From: an uncultured virus (IMG/VR IMGVR_UViG_3300010233_000001)
Taxonomy: Duplodnaviria > Heunggongvirae > Uroviricota > Caudoviricetes
IMG/VR virus record: IMGVR_UViG_3300010233_000001
Reading direction: 5' to 3' (one strand)
Length of the DNA stretch: 57,581 nucleotides
The position numbers and the translations under genes are program-made. Numbering within the stretch: the first letter of the stretch is position 1; every line of letters starts with the position of its first letter. Shown piece by piece: positions 41,432 through 52,741 of the stretch. The notes beneath the pieces were generated by a model. That model worked only from the letters and a program-made list of their open reading frames with translations. It was not told the origin of the DNA and did not search any database.

Positions 41432-42219
41432 GTTTACCTTTTGATACCGTGATACTTATCACACCACTCTTGGCTGTAATGAATCTTACCATCCATGCTA
41501 CGGGTCACATAGACGAAGTAATTCTTGGTGGTAAGAACAATCTCGGTAGAATCAAGGGCTCTGTTTTCAACCTTCATAAACTAAAACCGTCTTTCCTTTA
41601 GGTAGATGAATCTCCCCATTGCATATTTTGCATGGATTATCAGGCTGATCAGTGAATCTAACTGTTATGATTTCAACCTGAATAGAGCAGCTAGCTTGTG
41701 AATGACCCTTAGTGTAAAGGATACGATGGCTTTCGCCACTTTTATCTTTACCCCAAAAAGATGGTTTACTCACGATGGCTCAATCCAACTTCCTCTTGGA
41801 TACTTGTTATCAAAAATTCCTTCCTTATGCCTTGCTTGTGCAACCATCTCGTTAACTGCTTCGATTTGGCAATGCACCGTTCCAACCGGAAGATACTTCC
41901 GATCGGCAGCACTCTTAGCCTGCTCTTCCTCTGAGGCAACCATCACGTTGTACTTGTTCATGACTTCCTCGCTTGATCCCAGAGAAGTGTTGCTTTGACC
42001 CCATAGAAGAGTCCGTTCTTTTTGCGCAGTTCTTCTTGCGTAATCTTGCCAGAGGCAAGGTCAGCCGCATCTTGCTCGCGAGAGGTTTGCTTCTCTTTGA
42101 TTCTCGCTTCCGCATTGAGAGGTGAGACTAGCATCCTCGCGCTTTCACATGCCGAAACTACCCGTTGATGAGCTGATTCGCGCTCTGAAGGAGTCATTAT
42201 GATTCTTCCTTTTATTGCC

Positions 42220-42705
42220 TCAATGATATCTGTACTGAATGAAATTCCGAATATGAGCGGCCACTTCTCTAGCAGAAGCCCTAGGGCCCGGGGTACGACT
42301 ACCATAGCGCACGTCGTTTTCTTCCACTTCTTCTTCGCCTTGCTGATCAGAAGGAATGAAGAGATAGTTAAATTCCTCATCGTCTAGACCAAACAACATA
42401 GCTACATGATTCGCACCTTTAGAAGAAGTTCCGTCCGGATGAAGAATTCCAATTTCGTGGTTCCATTGGGTTTCTGTTTTGAAGAGGCGAAGACCCAAGT
42501 CTCGCAATTCAGGAATAGTGGTCGCAAATCCGATGGCACACGCGGATGTTCCACAGGAAAGATCTTCTTTTCCTAGCCAATCCTTGCCCACCCAATTAGA
42601 GAAATTAAATCGATGTTCTGGCATTGTAGTAGAAACTACGTCCAGTTTATCAGCAACCAGTGTAAGCAATCTTTCATATTCATTCATGACAACCTCAGAT
42701 AGCAA
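42220..42705 (-). CDS. Hypothetical phage protein
   Basis: FNFSNW..CGTSACAIGFA..LF. Confidence 0.6.
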   Translation of the reverse strand: MLSEVVMNEYERLLTLVADKLDVVSTTMPEHRFNFSNWVGKDWLGKEDLSCGTSACAIGFATTIPELRDLGLRLFKTETQWNHEIGILHPDGTSSKGANHVAMLFGLDDEEFNYLFIPSDQQGEEEVEENDVRYGSRTPGPRASAREVAAHIRNFIQYRYH

Positions 42706-43306
42706 GTGCTTTGGCTAGATGCCGTAAGAAATGTTTGATGTCTTGATTTTTGAAATCAAGTTTAACCATGATTGACTTAATGTTGTTCTGTTCACTCTCT
42801 GGCGCAATCTTCATATGCTCAAGCACAATTTGATAAGTCATATGATTCGGTCCAGATGGACCCTCCACCTCGAAGCTCTCCTCCAAGTCGTAATCTTTTT
42901 CAGAAATGAAGGTATCTAGCCAAGAATTAAAGGTTGTCATGGTTCTTTTTTGTAGTAGATTACCACCCTCTTGCCATTAGAAAGCAGATTGGCAGATGTC
43001 GTGGCACCGTTGTAACGATTTTTAAGAGCTACTCCAGCTAGCTGGCCAGCCAATGTTGCAATCAAGTCTACGGCTTGTTGCTTATTTAGTTCTATTGCTT
43101 CAGGTTCATTTTCTATCATGTTTATTTCCCCAGCAAACAACATAGTGTTAGAGAAATTAGCATCATGAACATTTTACCTTTAGTTTATAGCGTATGGGAA
43201 TCATTTTGCCCTTCTTATTACGCTTCTCGCCCTCAATCCATATTACTTGGGCCTTCTGGCGTTTCGGCTTTTTCAACTTCATCGATCGTCCGTTATATAC
43301 TTGTGT

Positions 43307-44038
43307 ATGAGTGTTGTATTGCCAGCACAAGTAGTTGAAAAGTTTTGGGGTGCCATTGAGAAAACTAATTTCTGTTGGAACTGGACGGGGATTTTCAAAA
43401 CTGGATCGCCAATAGTTATTGCTCCGGCGCCACTGCCTAAAACAATTTATCAAGCTCGTAGAATATCCATCGAATTGATTCGAGACGAACAACTTACTAA
43501 GTCTGATCGTGTTCTGCCACTTGTCTGCCGTAATAAACTTTGCGTCAATCCAGATCATTTAGTTTATGGAGACGAGGGACGCTTCTGGTCCAAAGTTCAA
43601 AAGATGAATGAGCATGATGGCGGTTGTTGGATCTGGCTTGGTTATCAAACCGATAGAATGTATGGTCAGTTTTACTATTATGAAAACGGTAAACAGATTA
43701 CCGTTCAGGCAACAGCATATTCTTGGTTCCTTTATGCTGGGCGACCAGTTCCTAATGGATTATTAGTCTGCCACAAGTGCGATCACCCTTACTGTGTCAA
43801 TCCACATCACCTATTTCTTGGAACTAACCAAGACAATATGCAAGATATGATCGATAAAGAAAGGCAATGTAAAGGAGAAGATTGCCATAGCTCCAAACTT
43901 ACGAAAGAATTAGTTCAGGAGATTAGGTTGCTAAGTGCACGGGGACTTAGCAACAGGCAATTAGGTAAACAGTTTGGGGTTTCTCACACAAACATTGGAT
44001 GTATACTTCGTGGTGAGATATGGAAGTCAGTAATCTAA
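43307..44038 (+). CDS. HNH homing endonuclease, paralog of 36435..37175 (start revised to ATG 43307)
   Basis: CWIWLG..YGQF..VCHKCDHPYCVNPHHLFLGTNQDNMQD; C-terminal HTH. Confidence 0.9.
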   Translation: MSVVLPAQVVEKFWGAIEKTNFCWNWTGIFKTGSPIVIAPAPLPKTIYQARRISIELIRDEQLTKSDRVLPLVCRNKLCVNPDHLVYGDEGRFWSKVQKMNEHDGGCWIWLGYQTDRMYGQFYYYENGKQITVQATAYSWFLYAGRPVPNGLLVCHKCDHPYCVNPHHLFLGTNQDNMQDMIDKERQCKGEDCHSSKLTKELVQEIRLLSARGLSNRQLGKQFGVSHTNIGCILRGEIWKSVI

Positions 44039-45355
44039 TCCGCATTATCTGGACTTTGATCTGTTTTGGCTTCCAACTTCTTCGTCTCTTCTTTTTCTTC
44101 ATAAGAAATTACGGATAAGGCATACTGCAATGCAATTTCTGGGCTTGCTATTCCAGCTTGTTCAAAAACTACCTTACCGTTCTTACTTACAAGAACCCAA
44201 ATTCCGTGATTACCGTTGAGAAGATTGACGCTGTACTCGGCTTTCATGCTTGATCGTCCCCGTAGATACGACTACACCTTCCATCCTTGTCGAATTGGAA
44301 TTCGATTCGGACATGATTTGCCCACCAGGCAATAGAGCAGCCATCTACTCTAGACTCCAATAGAGATTCCGAATAGTCATACTCGACACCCGCATGGTTG
44401 AGCATGCGTTTGAGATTGTTGAGATCGGAGCCTATCGTTTCAGCCATGATATCTCCTACCAGAACTTGGTGAGGAAGTGGACTACGATGTAGACGCCGAC
44501 TCCAGCCAAAGCCAGGACTACGCAGGCCCAGATAGCCCACATCCTGAGAAGCGTCTTGATGAGGGCGAAGCCCAAGTCACCAGGAGGGGTAGTACCCTTG
44601 AAGGTAATCGTCTTGTTGGGCTTGAAGTCGTCGTTGGGATCAGGATTGGGACCGTTCATGTCACATCATCTCCCGAATGCGCTCGGCTTCATCGCCATTG
44701 TCTAAGACAATGCACGGAAAACCGTTGTATTTGAATGGAAAACCGTAAGTGTTTCCGTCCAGAATCTTAGGAGGGTTGATTAGAAGCAAGCTGCGTTGTC
44801 CAAACAGACTTCCGCACTTGGTCATGCTCAACTCGCCATCTCCAAAGAGGAGATAGACATGAGTATTCTGAGGGTCATCGATGGCTCTCTCGTTGTGAGC
44901 AGCCCGGGCTGCCGCCATCACCACTTCTCGACTGTTATCGTTTGCCATCGTAACCCTTTGTTTTGATGAGGGAGTGAAGCCGTGCCAGCGCGCAAGAGAA
45001 GTTGACATCCTTCTTCTCGTGTTCGGTGGGACAGTTGTTGGTTCGTTGATTGCAGCCCTTAGCCCAGGGACAAACATTGCTGGCAGAAATCTTACCGTTA
45101 GTCAGGCCATTAGCATTGAGATGGTCGCTCATGTCACTCACTCGCAGGTGATGATAGTTCCTGGGCGATGGGGAGAGACTTGCTGGATGATCTTGTATCC
45201 ATTGGGGCAAGACTCTTCCATCATTCGAGCGCACTGAAGGTGCTCCTTCCATGTAGTATCGCAATGAGTAAAGCGATACAACTCAGGTGCAATGGTGGCT
45301 CTTCGAGGGCTGGCGCAACCAACCAAACATAGTGTAAGAAGAATGATTGATTTCA

Positions 45356-45745
45356 TCAGTCGTAGCCTCCGTTTTCCATTCGCATGGTAGCGCGGTCTTC
45401 AGCATCCCAGCGTGCTCTCTGCTCTTCGCTCTTCTGCCACTCGGCATAGGCAGCCTTATCCTTCTCAGGAATCAGTGCTTCATCTACCACGGGCACTACA
45501 TTGTCACCATGACAGGTAGGACAAGTAACGTCATATTTACCGCCTCTAGTAAAATAAGCCTCACGGTCTTCATCGTCAGAGAAAGATTCCTCAAATTCTT
45601 CTTGAGAATAGCCATACCCGCGCATGCCTTCACATAGAACTGATCCATGACCTTGACAGTCGTTACACACTTCCATTTTGGAGGGAAGTTCTAGCTCGAT
45701 CTCCTCACCCTCGTCGTTCTCGTACGTCAGTTTCATGGTGCTCAT
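45356..45745 (-). CDS. CxxCxGxG zinc-finger phage protein
   Basis: VCNDCQGHG..YDVTCPTCHG. Confidence 0.7.
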   Translation of the reverse strand: MSTMKLTYENDEGEEIELELPSKMEVCNDCQGHGSVLCEGMRGYGYSQEEFEESFSDDEDREAYFTRGGKYDVTCPTCHGDNVVPVVDEALIPEKDKAAYAEWQKSEEQRARWDAEDRATMRMENGGYD

Positions 45746-45780
45746 GACGGATTCCGTTTCGTTTTCGTGAATGGGTCAAT

Positions 45781-46365
45781 TTAATCATCTATGAAAAAGT
45801 CGATCAAAGAATCATCTACTTCATACTTAGATTTTTTCTTCTCGGGTTTCCCCGAAGTAATCTCTTTGATCAGCCATTCGGGCGCTATGGTTAGTTTATC
45901 CTTCTGAGGAACCTGATCGGGATAAATTCTCTTGTATCCAGGTGTAGGTGATACCAAGATATGACGAGCCCAATGAATAGATTTGTTTTTATATGGACGC
46001 TCTCGTCCATCATTGACTAACAAGTCAATATCTTTTTGCCACTCAATGACCGGCTTCCAATAATCTCGCGGATTTTTTGGCAGTTGGTAAAAGAGATGCC
46101 ATCCTCTAGGTGTCTTTTCTTTCAAGGTAGGAGGAACATCTCTGCGCCAGCCTAAATCCTTGAAGTCACAGTCATAATCAATACAAACTATACCATCAGG
46201 AACGAAAGAGATTCCGTCGCATTCTGGAGGCAGCCTTGACTCATCTTGATCAAAATGACCTAGATACTCTTTACCCTTCGCCATACCAACTGAGTAACCA
46301 AGATCGATATAGCGAAGAGCCTGAGTATGAAGTGATATTTGTTGTCCATTGTACTGGGCTGCCAC
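45781..46365 (-). CDS. Prim-pol (bifunctional primase/polymerase N-terminal) domain protein
   Basis: ALRYIDLGYSV; IVCIDYD; KTPRGWHLFY; IDL; ILVSPT; APEWL. Confidence 0.75.
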   Translation of the reverse strand: MAAQYNGQQISLHTQALRYIDLGYSVGMAKGKEYLGHFDQDESRLPPECDGISFVPDGIVCIDYDCDFKDLGWRRDVPPTLKEKTPRGWHLFYQLPKNPRDYWKPVIEWQKDIDLLVNDGRERPYKNKSIHWARHILVSPTPGYKRIYPDQVPQKDKLTIAPEWLIKEITSGKPEKKKSKYEVDDSLIDFFIDD

Positions 46366-46549
46366 AAATCACCTCAATGAAAAATTGTTTACTTGTTATG
46401 CTTGGACATTTCTTCGAACATAGCCTTATCAGCCAGATAATCTTTACGATGCTTGATTGTTGCTTTGATCATCTTGATGATCAGCCTAATGGATAATCCA
46501 AGAATGATCAATTGGGCCATTCGCACGATAATAAGAATGACAGTAACCA

Positions 46550-47251
46550 TCATATTGACTCCGTTGAATCGTGAATGGTTGGCGTCACACCCCACAAAGA
46601 TCGTGCCCATACTCTTTCTAGTACAAGATAAACGACTCCTGTAATAGTCTGAACGATCAGAAGTGGTTTCCAGATAGGTACCATCTGAAAAACTTTCAAG
46701 AGTGGAGATAATACAAAAGCAGATACCAAGAGATAGGTGAAAGTCTTAGCTACTGTTCTCCTAGACTGGACAGCATCTGTTTCTGAAATACCATAATTGG
46801 TATCATGCCATACTCTCTCGTGAATGAATCCGAAGAGGCTCATCAGGCCAGTAAAGATAGCCAAAAGTTTCCACGCAATGACTTGCGACAACCAACCAGT
46901 AATAGCTAGTTGGAAGACTAATCCTTTTAGAATGGAACGCCAATGAGCTGACTGAGAAGAGCGATCAGGCTCCCAAGGCTCTTTTCCTTGAATTCGATCC
47001 CATGTTCTGAACCCCCAAAAGAAAGCGGGATAAACAATAGGCTCGAAGTGCATAACTAGGAAGACCGGAATCAATCCGGGCACCCTAAACTTTAGGCATA
47101 GAAGCGGAAAGATAATATCTTCTACACACTCCCATAGAATAGCTATCCAGAAAAAACGTTTGCCATACTTTTTTCCGAGAGTTTTGATGTCGCGATAGGT
47201 ATTAGCGAGATTGATTTTCTCCCAAAGTTTTCGGAGTATCCATTTGAGCAT
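46550..47251 (-). CDS. Membrane protein with two DUF2061-like repeats
   Basis: RSILK..FIHERVW and RTVAKTFTY..LERVW. Confidence 0.6.
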   Translation of the reverse strand: MLKWILRKLWEKINLANTYRDIKTLGKKYGKRFFWIAILWECVEDIIFPLLCLKFRVPGLIPVFLVMHFEPIVYPAFFWGFRTWDRIQGKEPWEPDRSSQSAHWRSILKGLVFQLAITGWLSQVIAWKLLAIFTGLMSLFGFIHERVWHDTNYGISETDAVQSRRTVAKTFTYLLVSAFVLSPLLKVFQMVPIWKPLLIVQTITGVVYLVLERVWARSLWGVTPTIHDSTESI

Positions 47252-48921
47252 TGATTACCTATAGTGTGATTGTCTCCCCACAACTCCAGCAAGACTTTTC
47301 AATTCTAGAAAGCCTGTTATTTTTACAACGCTTGCAGACATAGTCATTAATCAACGTCGCACTGGGCATTACCATATTGCCATTATTTCTTAATTCAGGA
47401 GAACTGGCAAAAATACTTTCTGAAGTAGAAAGTTTCATACCTACTGGCATAAGGAATAATTTTTCTGAAAAATGATTATGATTTTCTCCATTACCTTTTA
47501 CATATGGACAGCTATATGGATAACCATCCACCCGCCAAATTATGTTTCTACTGTTCAGTTCGTCTTCCATGACTGTACCAGTCCAGTAGTTAGGATCATT
47601 TTTATAACCGTAATTCCAGTAAACTCTATCACCTTTCTTATAAGCCATAAGATATTTCCTTATTAAGTTATATGCTTCGCAAAGTATCTGTTAGAAATTT
47701 AGCCACCAATAGGGCAAAGAGGAACGGAAAAACTACAGGCGAAAAGATGAAGATAATAAAACCTACGCAAGAGAACCTGTTATTTGGTCCTAGAACGAAA
47801 GCTTTGAACCCCATAATGTATGTTCCAAGCAAGTAAGAACTTACAATAATACCTTCCGGACCCATCATTTTGCATGACCTAAATAGTAACCACCATACAT
47901 GACAGCACTAATGACTATTACTAAAGTCCAAAAGACAGAAGTTCGAACAAAAAGTACTAGCAAGATGACGGTGAAAACTAACCTTTCACGCAATGACGCC
48001 CCGCGCAAATCATTTCCCTACATCATGCTATGAGTCCTTATGATATATGCAGCTTTGTTTAATGACGCCACACTTGCAATTGCCTGATTGCGGTTGAAAA
48101 AAGAAATCAATTATCTCTTGATTATCTACTTCGTTATTCATGGTGCCAGTAGAAGGCTTGAAGTTGGCCGTGACTGTAGGTACATCACAAAAATGGCCTT
48201 TCTCTCCCTTTGTAGCCATAGTGCCATCTTCATTGGGACACCACAAGAATTGCTTGTCAGTGCCTCCATAGTAATGAGCGCCCGCTTTATTTTTACAGTT
48301 ATAACAAATAGCGCCAAAGTCCTTGATTTTGTATCTCATAGCCTGGAAACCATTCTCGAATAAGTATTTCTAATACTTGTTCATCATTTAGGCATTGAAT
48401 CTCTGTTGAATGAGTAAAGCTTCCGTTAATAAAAACAGTAACTTTACCCCATATATATTCGTTTTTGCCTAAATCGTTCATCGAAAGGGGCCGCCGGATG
48501 ACTTGCTATACAACCTGCATTCTAGTTGACGAATCTCTAATTTCTTTCGATTAATTTGGGACGAAATATCTTCATTCGAGATATGTTGGTTGGATGTCGG
48601 CATCAGCCACATGAAGATACGCATGAGGAGAGAGAGAATCATAGTACCTTCCCATAGAGTCTTATGGTTGTTTCTTTTTCTTGAGTTGTTCTAGTTCAGC
48701 TATGAATCACGCACTCATCCATGCCAGTGTTTTCACATGTGCACTGAGACTCGGTGTGCAAGGTTCCATTAACCCAACGATAGATGCCAGTGTAATATAC
48801 CAGTTGTCCATCGTTATCAGTCTGACAACTATCTACCTGGCAGTGTGAAAGTTGCTCTTCAGCATCTCCGTGTTCGATCTCAGCCATGGCATTTCCTTTT
48901 CGTGTTTGTGAATGGGTCACG

Positions 48922-49341
48922 TCAGTTCAGCTTGTCACTAGCCTTGGTTGTCTCGCCAGTGAAATCAACCAACGGACAAACTCCTCGCTTGGCTGCATAG
49001 ACATACTTTCCAACCAGCGTCTTGGGTTCAGTCGGGATTCTATCGCTAGTGACCCATCTTGTGTAAAGTGCCACTACGCCAATGACTGTTGCCACTCCAG
49101 TCAGAATCTCCAGTGTAAACACTGTATGAAGCACAAAACTCTCGTAGAGTGAAGAAAGAACAAGGTAGATTGTAATTCCGCCAAGCACTAGAAGGATGAC
49201 AGCGAAAGCAGTCCAGAAAAGCAGACGCCAAAAGATGCGATGACAGTATCGGCATAAATCTGTGCTACTCGGAACGCCTTCATATTTATTGAAGGTGCTA
49301 GACCACACCTTATAGTGCCAGGAATTCTTATTGAGAACCAT
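48922..49341 (-). CDS. Membrane protein
   Basis: SWHYK..DLCRY; two hydrophobic segments; VCPLVDF. Confidence 0.6.
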   Translation of the reverse strand: MVLNKNSWHYKVWSSTFNKYEGVPSSTDLCRYCHRIFWRLLFWTAFAVILLVLGGITIYLVLSSLYESFVLHTVFTLEILTGVATVIGVVALYTRWVTSDRIPTEPKTLVGKYVYAAKRGVCPLVDFTGETTKASDKLN

Positions 49342-49659
49342 TTAATTATCTTTCGTCGTTTTGATGCTAGCTAGACATCTCGGAGCATTTATTCATGGAT
49401 AGGCATTTTAGCTACCTCATCCATTAGTTTTCTACCATCTCGTCCATTATAAATGTGGAACCAAAAGAAACCATCTTGATCTTCCGTGATCAAAACAGAA
49501 TCAATTCCACCTCTGGAATAATACCACCCTGGTCCTTTGAACTGAAAAGTTCGATACTCATTTGAGAGTTCGCTAGAGCCATGCTCAGCTGTAGCAAGCA
49601 TGCTCCAGTCAGGTTTGACAGATTCCATATTTATAAAACACTTTCGATAGAAGTCAAAC

Positions 49660-50019
49660 TAAATGGGGACGTTTGTTAGCAGTAACGAGCCCCCTGTAAA
49701 ACCAGACTTTAGCGGCATGTTCATCTTACCTTCACTCTAAAGTTAGCTACGGTTTGATGCCTACCATTTATAAAGAACAATAGATTATCGTAATAGATTT
49801 GTTAATTTAGCCTAGTAGGGAGCCTTATAACTAATCTGCTACAATCTAAAATGTTCTTATTTTCTAAAAACAGTACCACCTATTTAGTTGCGCTGGTACA
49901 TGCTACGCTCTGTCTAGATAGGTGGTAACTTATGCGGTGGTACTCATGTAGAATCAGGTTTGGACGCTGATATTAGGCTTTCACCTAATGCTCCATTCGC
50001 AATTCTAAAGCTTGCCACC
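49660..50019 (+). ncRNA. Four tandem long imperfect hairpins in an ORF-free gap
   Basis: Closing stems TAAATGG/CCATTTA, AAGAACA/TGTTCTT, TACCACCTATTTAG/CTAGATAGGTGGTA and GGTGGTA/TGCCACC; G-U pairs favour the plus strand. Confidence 0.5.
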
Positions 50020-50067
50020 TAACCTTTATCTACCCTTTTGCTAAACTTACCAGTTTATCTAGCCTGA

Positions 50068-50523
50068 TTACTCTGTAGTAGCGGAGCGATCGGAGATCCG
50101 ATAAAAACCTCCATTAGCGCCCTTGCGCATCCCATAAATTCGCCCATCGATAGCCGGCTTACCGGGCTTATCACCCTTGGCTGCCACTTCTGGCTGATTA
50201 GTATTGTCATGAAGCATCTCCTCCACTCGTGCACTAAGCAGAATGAAGAGGCTAGGATCCTTCAGAGAAGGAACTTCCTGGCCCATGAGCTGTACCGTCT
50301 GGCTCTTGATGAAATCAAGATTGAGATTAGCTCCCTTGAACTGATCAAACAGCTTCGTCATGCAGACAGAGATAAGATGATCGTCACTCTCCTGCTTAGC
50401 AATGTGTCGAAGAGCTGCCGAACGATAGCGCTCCACACTTGCTTCCAGATTTACCTTACCTCCATCCATGACAAAAAATGACTTAACTGCATCCTTTTGA
50501 GTAATCTTAGTTTCCCAACTCAT
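50068..50523 (-). CDS. Hypothetical protein, paralog of 37210..37620
   Basis: KLFDQFKG..RKGANGGFYRISDR. Confidence 0.7.
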   Translation of the reverse strand: MSWETKITQKDAVKSFFVMDGGKVNLEASVERYRSAALRHIAKQESDDHLISVCMTKLFDQFKGANLNLDFIKSQTVQLMGQEVPSLKDPSLFILLSARVEEMLHDNTNQPEVAAKGDKPGKPAIDGRIYGMRKGANGGFYRISDRSATTE

Positions 50524-51195
50524 ATTTATATCCTACTTTCTTTCTGAGCTTTTAGCTCGATTCGTTTGTTTACCCCGAGGGGCGCGCTTTATGTTTTTGA
50601 TCGCCCGTGAATGGGTCAATCGTTTTCGTCGTCTGGTTCCACCCACTGAGCGTCAATGCCAGCAGGATCAATTCGCTTGTCTTGTCTTAGTTCGATGGGC
50701 TCTGCCTCATCTCCATTCATGATCTCACACTGACTAGTATATACTACTGAATGGAAATCGTGATCGTTTAGCTGATCAGTATCTATACCCTCTTCACAAA
50801 GTTTGGCACACTTGACTTTGGCTTGTTCTAGCGTATCGGCTTCTACTTCAATCCAGCCAGCAATAGTAACTGAAGCAGGAACGGTGAACTTCATTGGGAC
50901 TCGCTTTTAGTACTGAGAAAACGCTGAGTAGCACACTCAGACTCTTCATCCTCAGCCATTTCTTGACTAGTAGGAGAGATACGCACGCGAACTTTTGGAG
51001 CCCACTTTTCAGACAGTTCTTGCATAGTAAGCTGTCCATCGATCAAGTCTTGGATATCCAAGGTTGGTCCGCTGGCCACTACCACGCTGCCACATTCAAC
51101 ATCATCGCAAAGAACATCTACGATAATACGAGATTGATCGGTATATCCTTTACCCAGGACACTTAGATGCTCTACTCTCCAACGATGTTGGATCT

Positions 51196-51585
51196 TCATT
51201 GAGGTATCTCTTGAGGCCAGGTAAGATTATTTTTCTTACCAAGCTTAATGAAATTAGACTTCATTTTTCCACGTTCCCAATCTTCGTCATGGGCTGCTTG
51301 CGCATCAATAAGAAAATTTATCTCTTCCTTAGAAATTTCACCAAGTCCAAGGTCTTGGGTTCGGTTAAACTCATTCATAGAAATAATCGCTCTATTGCTA
51401 GCAATGCAGGGCGCATTGTCTGGAATAATTTGTCCAATAGCGCAAGCCATGTGATTAGGGCCACGATAGGTACACCTATCACCACCAAATGTGAGGGCTT
51501 GAAACCAGTTTTGGTTAGCCAAGCCACGAACCATCTTATCAAACCACTCTTGAATACGGCTGCTCATCTTCTCTGCGCTGTCCAT
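51196..51585 (-). CDS. Hypothetical phage protein
   Basis: CTYRG..CAIGQII..QAAHD. Confidence 0.6.
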   Translation of the reverse strand: MDSAEKMSSRIQEWFDKMVRGLANQNWFQALTFGGDRCTYRGPNHMACAIGQIIPDNAPCIASNRAIISMNEFNRTQDLGLGEISKEEINFLIDAQAAHDEDWERGKMKSNFIKLGKKNNLTWPQEIPQ

Positions 51586-52399
51586 GAATTGTTCCTTTAC
51601 CCGACGTCTGACTTATGACCTTGTTTGATTGAAATCTTGGCATGCTTATTACATAAGTCATTGAATCGAGGTTCAATAGCATGAGGATACTTAATACCTT
51701 CACCCAAAATAAATCCGGCTGCCTCTTCTGAAGACATTTTATTCTGGATTATCCAGCACACAATACATTTGTTTTCTTGTTCAGCCATAGGCATCCTCAG
51801 CAAGGTTCGCTTTCCCTTGGACTAAAAGATAGATAGCTTAGCCGTTCCGTTGAGATTTAGCTGCCGTCCAGTCTTTTAGTTTCGCCTTGCGATGGCATAA
51901 GATTATTGCACCACTTTACGAAGAGGTATGGTGCGTAAGCTGCAAGCCTTGCGACTTGGAATCTCTTAGTACATCCTAGCTTCAGGTACCGGATTGATTT
52001 CCCAGAACAACTTACGAGCCAATGTTTGGTGATCCCAATTAGAATCTACCTTGAGACCGACAAACTTAGCAAGTCTCTGTAGGTTTTCTGTAGTAGAATC
52101 TACCAATTGGTCGCGGTCAATCTTCATCGGATCACTAAAACTCATAGCACATCTCCATTATTTTGGACCAAAAAGTCTTGATCGTGGGTGGCATGAACCC
52201 AACGTGAGCCATCATTACGACCCTGCTTATCTTTGGCAGGCTTTAGCAGCAACCAAGGGCCTGGTTCTTGGGTAAACGAGACCTTATCCTTAGTGTCAAT
52301 CAGATTCCACTCGCTGCCGAACTCACGGACTCGATTCTTTCCCTTGAGTGTCTTTCCTGTAAGCTTAAACACAGCTACCTCGAAACTTTTCTAAAAGAC

Positions 52400-52741
52400 T
52401 TACATCCTGGCATCAAGATGCTTATAGGCACCAGAATCAAAAAGCGAGATGAATTCAATCAATCCAAGAACTTGCGGCATATCTTGGCAACCAAACTCAT
52501 ATCGAACATTATCGTCATGCTGACCGTAAAGGCCAACATATAGAATTCCTTGATTCATTAGTCCAGATACTGAAACAATATCACCACACTCATGGTTATG
52601 CAGATATTGAGCGATAGGACAGGATCCAATACTGCAACGATAACCTCTAATCTTCAAGTCAGTTAGCTTGTCAACTATTTCGTCCCTAGTGGTACCGAGA
52701 GCCGCCAATAGTTTTCGTACTTCTTCTTTCGACTTGACCAT
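52400..52741 (-). CDS. Hypothetical protein, paralog of 12979..13326
   Basis: LAALGTTRDEI..CPIAQYL..FISLFDSGAYKHL. Confidence 0.65.
   Translation of the reverse strand: MVKSKEEVRKLLAALGTTRDEIVDKLTDLKIRGYRCSIGSCPIAQYLHNHECGDIVSVSGLMNQGILYVGLYGQHDDNVRYEFGCQDMPQVLGLIEFISLFDSGAYKHLDARM

Noticed and set aside
43163..43558. 131-aa minus-strand ORF overlapping the HNH gene
   Set aside because: Its upstream part is antisense to the HNH gene; only the short basic MKLKKPKRQK... portion is plausible
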